This document shows positions 1 to 9,400 of a DNA stretch of 20,000 nt, in pieces (the stretch's first letter is position 1; every line of letters begins with the position of its first letter). Made by a program: the position numbers and the translations under genes. The DNA lies in IMG/VR virus record IMGVR_UViG_3300005934_000003; one strand, given 5' to 3'. The notes under the pieces were generated by a model. It did no database searches and was not told where the DNA came from. It saw nothing but the letters and a program-made list of their open reading frames with translations. Source of the stretch: an uncultured virus (IMG/VR IMGVR_UViG_3300005934_000003) (lineage: Duplodnaviria; Heunggongvirae; Uroviricota; Caudoviricetes).

Positions 1-3000
1 TGTTAAACGTACCTGTGAATATCTTTGTCTAATTTCAATTGTAGTTTGATGTGCAGGAGATTCTGCAATTCCAATCGGTGGTGAAATGCTTATAATACCT
101 GACAAGTTTCCAGTTGATCCTGAAACATTTGATGTTTTTGTAACCTTATAAGTTACTCCATCAATACCTGCTATGTCTAAGTTATCACCAGGTCCAGGTA
201 ATCTTGAAAGTTGTTGAACTTGAATATTAGCACCTAGTTGGAATTGATCCGCATAACCGTCACCTGTAATGGTTGCAGTTGCTGATCTAAATCTTGTACC
301 TCTATTAACAAATGATGGTTGAGGTAATACACCATTTCCTAAACGTAAATCCCATTTAGGTTCTTGTGTTGATTTAGGATCAGTAATTGTCATTCTTAAA
401 ACTTGTGATTCGTTAATGTTAAGAACACCTGTTCCACCCATTCCTGAATGTGTATAACAATAGAAATATAAGTTTGCCGGAGCATCAAATTGAACTTCAA
501 TTTCTAATTTTCTATCAGTCGCTGTTTCAAAGTTAGCAATATAATTTGCATAAGTTACTGATGCACCATCAAGCAAATATCTTACACCTTTATGATATGG
601 TACACCGCCACCGTGTGTTCCGTCCTGTGTTGTAGAAATCAAGAACGGATGTGCAGGTCCTGGTGTAGAATCTTGTGGGAAATCTAACAGGGTTGGATCA
701 TTTAAATCAAACGTATATGTAATACCTTGTTGTAGTGCTAATGCTGGAGTTTCGTCAGAATCGATGTAGAATACATTTCCTAAATCAGCACCGTCTCTTC
801 CAACAGTAACAGTTTTAGTTTCAAACAATTGATACGTTGGTGTTGCACTTGTATAACCTGAACCTGGATCAAGAATTGTAAATGATCCTGCTCTACCGTT
901 TGATACTTCCATAAATGCAAATGCACCTTTACCTTTTTTGATTATATCAAGAGTATTACTTCCTGATCCTGATAAAGGATTACCTGAACTTGTTACTAAG
1001 AATTTGCCTTCGTTGTTTGGATTACCAAAATTAATTGAAGTATAATTTCTTTGTGGTGTTGTTTCTGAATACCAAGTAATAGCATCTTCTGACCAAGCCA
1101 CGTTACTACCGTTCTTTTCAAATGCTAAGAATATACCTTGTCCGTATCCAATTATATAATTTCCTGCACTTGGTAATGCTCCTGGTACTTCAACCCAAGT
1201 ATCTTTGCCGTTTCTAACGTTATAGAAAACTTTATCTGTTGTTTCGTCAACAGCAACAAATCTGTTGTTACCAAATATTAATTGTGTACAAGCAGACAAG
1301 TCTAATGGAACAAAGTTTTCGCCCCAACTAGTACCGTCAGCAGTTTTAAAATAAATTCTGTTAACAGTTGAATCAAAATCATTTGTTAATGCAATAAAGT
1401 GTCCTTGTCCCCAAACCAATCCTCTTACAGTTAGTGCACCAGTTTGTACCATAGGTGTGTCGTATGCTGTCCACGTTTGTGCATCTGTTGATTGCCACCA
1501 AGACAGTCCGTTATCGGACATAATAACATAATATCCATCACCGTATGCAACATAACGCTTGTTAGCAGTTGTTGAGTCTTCAGCAAATTCTGCCATAGAC
1601 CAAGATAGTCCATCTGTTGATGTTGCCGAAATACCTTCTTGTGCTACCGCTACAAATCTACCGCCAGCAAAAATAATGTTTTGCCAATTTAATTCTGAAC
1701 TTTGTATTTCTGGAGGAGCAGTAGGAAATGTTCCCATTGACCAACTTACACCATCACTTGAATAAGCATATTTTGATGTTCCTGTTGTACCAAATTCACT
1801 TTGTGCAATAGCAACGAATTTGTTATTACCATAAGCAACATCACTCCAGTCAATCGGCTCAGGCATATTTGTTGTAGACGCACTATATGGTGGTTTACTA
1901 AATTCTACCAATGGTTGAATTTGATAATATGCTGTGTCTAAAATAGGATCAACAATAGGTGTTCCTGAAATTAAGTGATCCCAACCGTCTTGACCGTTTG
2001 AAATTTTTCTAACCGTTGCAATTTTAGTTGATGGATCATATGTATCAACTATACCATACTGTCCAACACCACTACCTGCAATAATTCTAATTAGTTTACC
2101 TGTGTAACCTGCTGTTGAATCTTCTTCTGTGTCAGTTTGTGATAATGTTATGCTGGTTGTAGTACCACCTTGTGCGAGACCTTGTACAACGGTGTAATCG
2201 GCACCACCAGCAGTCGATGAATCACCTGGATCCATAATTCTAACTTCTTTTAATGCACCATCTCTAAATTCTAAATATTCTGTAACTAGATCGGAACCTG
2301 TACCTGAATAAGATTGAACAGCGGCGTTAGTGTAATGTTCACCTGCGTGTGTATATCCAAATAATACAATTTCGTTATCTTGATCAGTATAAACTGTTCC
2401 TACTTCTGCTTCACCTGATCTGTTATTAATAACAGCAGTAATAGGTGTTTCACTAATGTCATAACCTTCTGCAACTGATCCAAAGTCTCCATAAGAGTTG
2501 TTACCATTTGTAGCACGTATCTTACCGCCAGTTTCAGATAGATAACCGATATGACAGTAATATGTAAACACAGAAACAAGTTCTGTTAAACCTAGGTTTG
2601 TACACCATACACCAATACCATCACTGATTACCTGTGTAAAGTCGTTGGAAACAATTGACTTGTTGCCGCCGTCGTGCAAGTTACCATCAATCTTACATCC
2701 AACACAACCTGTACCTATTGTTGTTACGTTTTGTACATAAGTAGATCTTGATGTGATCCATACACTTGTATCATCTGGACCAGTACCTGGATCAAGTGAC
2801 ACAAACGCACCGCCTGTTGGTCTTCTAGTTCCAAACGCATTAACGGCACCTAAACCACCTGTTAATCCTTGAAGCGTAACATTTCTAATACCGCAACCGT
2901 TTCTAACATAAAACATATTTGAAGTTTCGTATCCAGATGCTGGCATAATTCTTGTCGAACGCAGTTCATCACCAACTAATGCAACATTGGCAGGAATTGA

Positions 3001-5700
3001 AATAGGTAATATTTCTTTGTATTCTCCTGTTTTAACAAATACCGTTGCAGGTGCTCTAGCACCTTGGTCTGCTAGAATATAATCCATTGCATACTTAATT
3101 GTTTTGAATGGATTGTTTTCTGAAGCACCTTTATCTAGTGCATCAATACCATCTGGACTTACATAGTAAACTTTAGGTATTGAACCTAGTAATGCCCAAG
3201 CAGGATGAATTGTTTCTGTACTATCAGTTGCTTTAGGAAGTGTTTTAAGAACAGTACCTAGGTCACCAATTGTTATTCTTTCATTTGTACCTTGTGAATA
3301 AGATTTAATATCACCTAATTCAGCAAGAACGTTTGTTTGAATACCTTTAATGAAGTACGCCCAAAATTCATTTAATGGTTTAGATAAATCAATATCTGGT
3401 CTACTATTAATTGTTGTTGCCGCGTGTCGTTTAATACATTGATATGAAGTGCCTGCCCATTCTACAATATCACCTAATTTATAAACTCTTGCAGAAGAGT
3501 CTTCGTTTTCCTGTAACCATCTACCTTTTAGATATTGTCCAACTGATAATAATTTCCAATTAGTATTTCCTGTAACTGTTACAGTTGCCATCAAACCATC
3601 TGTTTCGGCCATATTAGCGTGATTATAACAAGCATAGTATAATGTGCCTGGAGCATCATCTGGGATATGATAAGTTACTGATCGTGTTCCTGCAGAATTA
3701 AATCCTGCATTGTATTCTGCAAGTGTAGGAATAATTCTACCATCTAACATATAAATTACTTCGATGCCGTTTTCATATGGTTCACCGGCTGGTGTTGCTA
3801 GTATTCCGTTTGCTACCGTTGATAGATATAATGGATGATCGTTATTGCTAATATCATTTTGTTCAAATGTATATGTTGCACCTTTTGTAAACGCCAAGTT
3901 TGGAGTTCTTGCATTATCAATATAATACTTTTGTAACCCATTGTAGTTTCTTACACCAACGCTGTAAACAGTAGATTGATCTGATGCATCAGGACCATTA
4001 TTAACTAATGATTGGTGATCTCTTGTTGCTTGATAAAGGTATCCTGAATCTCTAATAACATCACCAATTTTATAGTCAATTGGATAGTTCCAATCACCTC
4101 TATGATTATACCATTTACCTAATATTTCCCAAGTTGTTTCATCTGTTGAAGGATTAACACCCTGGCTAAACTGTATTGCTTTGTATGAATATCCACCGTG
4201 TACAACAACATCCCCTGGTTGGTATGTTATGCCCGAATCCCAAGCATTATCAAAACCTATACCAGGAATGTAATCGTCAAATTTGTTTGTATCAAACGAT
4301 CCTTCGGAAGTGTGTGTTACAGAACATCTATAAACACCTTGACCGTGCGTTACTAGGTCACCTCTATAATATCTAACACCTAACGCCCATTCGCTACGAT
4401 ATTGAATACCATCAATTATAATTTCCCAGTTTACTAAATCGTTTTCTAATCCACCTGGATTTTGATCATCAACATAAACTTCGTCAGCGGCTGACATATG
4501 AGATACTAGACATCTATAAGTTACACCACCGTATCTAACTACATCGTTTTCTCTATAATGTGTTGATGTTTGCCAAGCGTTTGCCCACCAATCTGTTTTG
4601 TGAACAACGTCCCAATAACCTAATCCTTTTTCTTCTAAACCTAAATCTGCTAAATCCGAATCGTGATGAATTCTACATCTGTAAAGCACACCGTTGTATC
4701 TAACCAAGTCGCCAACAATGTAAGAATTTTCAGCAACCCAATCACCTCTCCATTGCGAGCCTCTTACGTGATTGGTCCAATATGCCGCACGTCTTTCAAA
4801 CCCAAATGAACCATCTGTTAGTGCAGTATGACCTTGTACACATCTATATACCACACCGCCTCTATGAACCAAGTCATTTAAAATATATTCTTGTGCTGTG
4901 TATGGAGGTGTTGCATTACCTCCTGAAATATAAGGATCAAAGTTTACAGCATCTACAGGTGTAGTTAAATCTGCATCAGCGTATAAACTAAATTCATTAT
5001 CCGAACGTCTGCTAATATAATAAGTGTTTCCGTTGTATTGTGTTGTACCGTTGACATCTGATATAACAACAGTTTGACCACTTGATAAATTATGTGCCGC
5101 TGTTGTTGTAACAATTGGTGGTTCTAAGTTTTGAATGTTTGTAATAGCAATTGAAGTACCACCAGTTGAAGGTCTCCACGCACCTCTCCAACGGTAACCT
5201 TCTGACATTAAATCCCATTTTGTTTTTGCTACCGTTCCTGTAACACTTAATTGTAAAACAGCACCTTGCGGATCAACTGTTTCAATTGTAACTCTAGCAT
5301 CGTTTACGCCGTCAACGCCGCCTAGTTGGCTACCAGTGATTGTGTAAACAATTTTTGGAATATAATTTTGACCTGCAACAGTAATAGCAACTGTGTATCT
5401 ATCTGCAAGTCTTGTAACTGTAAATTTTAAATCAGATCCGTTATTACTAGCAACACCTTCTGGTAATCTAGTTGCTAATGTAAATTCTGCTGTTTGTTGA
5501 TCAGTTGATGTGTATGGTTCTGGATATGTATAATCATATAGATAATCCTTAAAGAATCCGTTTGCATCTGATGTATGTGCTTCAATACAGAAATATACTC
5601 TACCACCTGATACCACAATGTCATCAAGTTTATATGTGGTACTTGTTGACCAAGTCCCTTTGTAAGAATACGTAAATCGATCTAGTTTAAATTCAGCCAT
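1..5700 (-). CDS. Giant multidomain virion/fibre protein, >1900 aa, 3'-truncated by the window: 8 CBM5/12-like W/Y repeats, E1-FCCH-like insert, 2 cupredoxin-like domains, pectin-lyase-like beta-helix, 7-bladed Asp-box propeller
   Basis: ATG at 5698-5700 (MAEFKLDRFTYSYKGTWSTSTTYKLDDIVVSGGRVYFCIEAHTS...). Manual translation of all 1900 codons to base 1 found no stop, and the last residues are ...EIRQRYSQVRLT. It is absent from the ORF track because no stop codon falls in the window. Domain calls are from motif recognition. Confidence 0.92.
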   Translation of the reverse strand, partial: MAEFKLDRFTYSYKGTWSTSTTYKLDDIVVSGGRVYFCIEAHTSDANGFFKDYLYDYTYPEPYTSTDQQTAEFTLATRLPEGVASNNGSDLKFTVTRLADRYTVAITVAGQNYIPKIVYTITGSQLGGVDGVNDARVTIETVDPQGAVLQLSVTGTVAKTKWDLMSEGYRWRGAWRPSTGGTSIAITNIQNLEPPIVTTTAAHNLSSGQTVVISDVNGTTQYNGNTYYISRRSDNEFSLYADADLTTPVDAVNFDPYISGGNATPPYTAQEYILNDLVHRGGVVYRCVQGHTALTDGSFGFERRAAYWTNHVRGSQWRGDWVAENSYIVGDLVRYNGVLYRCRIHHDSDLADLGLEEKGLGYWDVVHKTDWWANAWQTSTHYRENDVVRYGGVTYRCLVSHMSAADEVYVDDQNPGGLENDLVNWEIIIDGIQYRSEWALGVRYYRGDLVTHGQGVYRCSVTHTSEGSFDTNKFDDYIPGIGFDNAWDSGITYQPGDVVVHGGYSYKAIQFSQGVNPSTDETTWEILGKWYNHRGDWNYPIDYKIGDVIRDSGYLYQATRDHQSLVNNGPDASDQSTVYSVGVRNYNGLQKYYIDNARTPNLAFTKGATYTFEQNDISNNDHPLYLSTVANGILATPAGEPYENGIEVIYMLDGRIIPTLAEYNAGFNSAGTRSVTYHIPDDAPGTLYYACYNHANMAETDGLMATVTVTGNTNWKLLSVGQYLKGRWLQENEDSSARVYKLGDIVEWAGTSYQCIKRHAATTINSRPDIDLSKPLNEFWAYFIKGIQTNVLAELGDIKSYSQGTNERITIGDLGTVLKTLPKATDSTETIHPAWALLGSIPKVYYVSPDGIDALDKGASENNPFKTIKYAMDYILADQGARAPATVFVKTGEYKEILPISIPANVALVGDELRSTRIMPASGYETSNMFYVRNGCGIRNVTLQGLTGGLGAVNAFGTRRPTGGAFVSLDPGTGPDDTSVWITSRSTYVQNVTTIGTGCVGCKIDGNLHDGGNKSIVSNDFTQVISDGIGVWCTNLGLTELVSVFTYYCHIGYLSETGGKIRATNGNNSYGDFGSVAEGYDISETPITAVINNRSGEAEVGTVYTDQDNEIVLFGYTHAGEHYTNAAVQSYSGTGSDLVTEYLEFRDGALKEVRIMDPGDSSTAGGADYTVVQGLAQGGTTTSITLSQTDTEEDSTAGYTGKLIRIIAGSGVGQYGIVDTYDPSTKIATVRKISNGQDGWDHLISGTPIVDPILDTAYYQIQPLVEFSKPPYSASTTNMPEPIDWSDVAYGNNKFVAIAQSEFGTTGTSKYAYSSDGVSWSMGTFPTAPPEIQSSELNWQNIIFAGGRFVAVAQEGISATSTDGLSWSMAEFAEDSTTANKRYVAYGDGYYVIMSDNGLSWWQSTDAQTWTAYDTPMVQTGALTVRGLVWGQGHFIALTNDFDSTVNRIYFKTADGTSWGENFVPLDLSACTQLIFGNNRFVAVDETTDKVFYNVRNGKDTWVEVPGALPSAGNYIIGYGQGIFLAFEKNGSNVAWSEDAITWYSETTPQRNYTSINFGNPNNEGKFLVTSSGNPLSGSGSNTLDIIKKGKGAFAFMEVSNGRAGSFTILDPGSGYTSATPTYQLFETKTVTVGRDGADLGNVFYIDSDETPALALQQGITYTFDLNDPTLLDFPQDSTPGPAHPFLISTTQDGTHGGGVPYHKGVRYLLDGASVTYANYIANFETATDRKLEIEVQFDAPANLYFYCYTHSGMGGTGVLNINESQVLRMTITDPKSTQEPKWDLRLGNGVLPQPSFVNRGTRFRSATATITGDGYADQFQLGANIQVQQLSRLPGPGDNLDIAGIDGVTYKVTKTSNVSGSTGNLSGIISISPPIGIAESPAHQTTIEIRQRYSQVRLT

Positions 5701-5715
5701 TTTCTCTAATTACCT

Positions 5716-6075
5716 TTAATCATTTCCTCTTACCCTATCGTGTGGCATATTCAATCTTGCAATAAATTCGCCATCATCGTTAATGTAATAATTAATTCTT
5801 CTTGTGTCCCATTTGTATTGATCAAAGTTTAAGTTTTTAAAAATCTTGTTGTGATTTACATCGCGACCTTCAAAAAAATCAACACCAACTTGGAACCCAT
5901 CAAAGTTATCGTCAATTGCACCAGGTGTATTAATTTGCACACTATCAGTTTGACTCATTTGATCTAATTCGTATAAAAATAGTTCTCCAGCATCAGTTCT
6001 ACGTAAACCGTAGAAATATCTGGTACCCATACTTTCATTCATATTGTCTGCTGTATTACCAATAAAAGTTGTCAT
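5716..6075 (-). CDS. Hypothetical protein (119 aa), probably virion-associated
   Basis: Full ORF with SD (TAAGGAG) upstream, tightly packed between structural genes. No motif recognised. Confidence 0.8.
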   Translation of the reverse strand: MTTFIGNTADNMNESMGTRYFYGLRRTDAGELFLYELDQMSQTDSVQINTPGAIDDNFDGFQVGVDFFEGRDVNHNKIFKNLNFDQYKWDTRRINYYINDDGEFIARLNMPHDRVRGND

Positions 6076-6085
6076 ACTCTACTCC

Positions 6086-6415
6086 TTATACCTGTTCCAC
6101 GTAACTTATAATTACGTCTATTGAATCACCGTAACTGCTTTGTACCGATAGCGAATGATATTCATCTAAAATTAATTTTTCACCACCATTCATTGCACGT
6201 AAAGTTGAATTAGGTGCAATAGGTGTATCCTTAACGTAATATGCAGTAACACTTCCAGCATCGCCTACTAAAACAGAACCTAACACGGTTGCGTCTAATG
6301 TGTTTGTCATACTAATACCTAACACAATGTTCTTTTTATTTTGTTCCACTGAAAATACTTCGATAGGTTTTTGACCTACGTCTTTAATTACCGATGTTTT
6401 AAATAATGTTGCCAT
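6086..6415 (-). CDS. Small beta-rich virion protein (109 aa), paralog of 10111..10458
   Basis: Starts 3 nt after the stop of the 1023-aa fibre gene. Has an alternating beta-strand pattern, with KDTPIAPNSTL...EKLILD resembling HQVKIPAGETF...ERIVLE of the 115-aa protein. Confidence 0.8.
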   Translation of the reverse strand: MATLFKTSVIKDVGQKPIEVFSVEQNKKNIVLGISMTNTLDATVLGSVLVGDAGSVTAYYVKDTPIAPNSTLRAMNGGEKLILDEYHSLSVQSSYGDSIDVIISYVEQV

Positions 6416-6418
6416 ATC

Positions 6419-9400
6419 TTATCCAAATAACAGTGCCGAAACGATTGATAATTCTTCCGCCTCAGCCAATGTTGCTCCTCCTCCTGAACCAACAACAGAA
6501 CCCCAAGTTGCCCCGGTCCATATTTCTAATCTGCCTTGCGTTGTATTATAACGCATTAAACCTGCGGCAAGATTACTAGTTGGTCTTTCGTTAAGTGTAC
6601 CAGTTGGTACCCTAACCCCGTATGTTCCAGCAAAATCCCAATAACCTTCGTCTGTAACATCAAGAGTAGTAACACCGTTGCTATTAGTATTAGTTATCGT
6701 ATTTGTGCCGGGATTGAAGTGTAAATCGCCAATAATTAATTTGCCAGTTCCGTTAGGAGCCAGCGTTAAATCCGTGTTTCCAGCCTCTGTGCTAATGATA
6801 CTTGTATGAATTCTACCAGTATTAAAGCGTGTTGAGTTTAAATCCGCTTTTAGTACGCCGCCGTTGTAAAATCTAAATGTATCATCATTGGTACCAGGTG
6901 TTAATTCTGCTGTAATAAATGTATCTAAGTTTTGGTCAACAACACCACTTACACTACCACCAACAGCATTCCAGAAACCTTGTGAATATAATTCAAATAC
7001 ATTTGAACTTGTATTATATCTAAACATACCGTTAACTGGTGAACCTGGTCTATCAGCAGTTGTACCTGATGGAACTTTAAATGCATTTGTATCTACAAAG
7101 TCAACATATCCTGTACCGTGTGCAAAAATTTCTAGATTGTCGTTATTTTGATATGTTTGTAATGAGTTGTTAACCAAACGTACCAAGTCAACTTCAAACT
7201 GTGTAGCACTAAATTTGTCTTTGTCTATTGTTGCAACCAAGTTACCTTGTGCATAAAAATTAATTTCATCTTCGTCAGCACCTAAGGCGCTTTCTAAAAC
7301 AATTTTTGTGTCTTTATCTTTGTCAGTGATTTGTGCAATACCACCGGTGATTTCTGCATCACCTGTGATTGTTGTCTTGTTGTCACCAATAGGATCAATA
7401 ATAATTCCGCCGGCGGTTGATGAAAAAGTATTTCCAGAAAGTCTTAAATTTCCTGTTTCAATTTTTGTTGGATTAATTATTGAAGTATTAGAACCATCTG
7501 TAAATTGTAATCCTAATGTAGAAGCAATTTCTGTTAAAGGTGCAGTAAATGTTACATCACCTGTTGCTTGATTTACATAAAAAGAATTACCAACTCTGTA
7601 ATCACCTTTTGAGTCAACTGATGTAAAGAATACTTTACCTCCATTTGATTCAATAACTTCGTTTGTTTGAATTACATCATCTAAATTATTTGTTAAGTCT
7701 GCACCAACACCAATGTAACCAAAGTTTTGAGACATAAGTCTAAGACTTACATCTGGACCGTCCGCAACAACACCTCTAATACCGTAAACACACGCACTAC
7801 CGTTTGATCTCATCTCAGCGGCAAATTCTTGTCTGCTGTATCTTACTATACTTGTTGCTGTTGTTCCTGATGTTCCTGCAAGAATACTTCCACCGTCACC
7901 TGGTGTTAAATCTTGTTCGTTTAAATTATCATATCTACCATCAACATAAATTGTATTACCGTCTGCACTTACACTATCAACCAATAAGTTGTATGTTGAT
8001 GAAGAGTCAGTTGAAGTAACTGTAACAGTTTCACCTGGTTGAAAACCTGTACCACTTACACCTGTAAATGTAAACCAAGTTTTACCGTCTCCACCTCGAC
8101 CATCTGTTCCGGATACCGCTTTAATACCGTCTGAACAGAAATATGTAAAACAGTTTAGCCATTCAACCCTTACGCCGTTGGTCATAAAGATACCAATTTG
8201 ATTTGGTGCAAAGATTGTTACTTCATTACAAAGTAATGCGGCTTCAATTGATGATCTCGAAATATATTGACCATCTGCTTTAATACCTCTACCAGCATCA
8301 CCTTGTGCATAACCATAAGGATCAGTTGCAGAAGTAACACTACCTCTGTTTAAAATTGTAATATTATATAGATATGGTGAACGTAAATTAATTGTTCCTA
8401 CAACAGGATTGAAACTAAATGCGTAACCTCTATCAAGACCTGAATTGTAAAACATATCTTTAACTGTAAGATCCTGTACAACAACTCCTTCGTTTAGATA
8501 GAAACAGTTTTGATCGTTCGTTCCTGCTGTTGGTTTAATTGATGTTGCTCTTAATCCTGCACCAACTACTGTTACACCTGCAGGAATTGTCATAGGAAAT
8601 ACTTCAGTAAATTCTCCTGCGGCAATTTTAACAATATCTCCAGAAGTTGCAACACTTAAAGCGTGTTTGATTGTTAAGAATGCACTGTCAACACTTGTAC
8701 CTTCTTCTGTGTCATCACCGTTAGTAGTAACGTGATATGTATTACCTTCTTCTGTTAATAATAAATTTTCAATTCTAACTTTACCTGTACCATTAGCACG
8801 GATAGTTAAATCTTCGTTAGAGTTAATTGTTTGAATTACATTGTCGCCTAATTGTAGTGTACCAATATTAGCATAGTTTGAATCCAATGACTTCCAACGT
8901 TTTGTTGGTATACCTAATCTGTATTTGTCTGATTCATCAGGATTAATATCACTGATTATCTCACCTTGGATTTGAATGTTGTCTGTGTTTCCATCACCAA
9001 GTGTAATGTTACCACCTGCTGTGATGTTACCTGTGGCATATAAGTTACCGCTAACGTTTGTGTTACCTACTAATTCAATAGTACCTGTGCCGTTTGGACG
9101 TAGTTCAATAGGCGCATTAGAATCTAATGTTGTAATGTAATTGTCATTTAATTCTAATGAGTCTACGTGTATTTTTGAATGATAAATTACTGGGTCATTA
9201 CCAGCGGGTGTTAACGCAATAGTTCCTAAACTAGAACGTATTTCGTTTCCTTGAAATTCTAAGTTACCAACCTGAAGAGTACCAGCACTTTGATTAAGTG
9301 CTCCTACTTGTAAATTGTCTGCGTAAATTTTGCCTGCTACTTGGAGATCGTGTGTTGGTGAAGTTGTTTTTATACCAACTCTACCGTTGTTAACATCTAG

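Noticed and set aside
1431..4964. Short ORFs 1431-1613(-), 1559-1765(+), 4176-4376(+) and 4782-4964(+)
   Set aside because: All lie inside the giant minus-strand CDS, antisense or out of frame, with no recognisable motifs.
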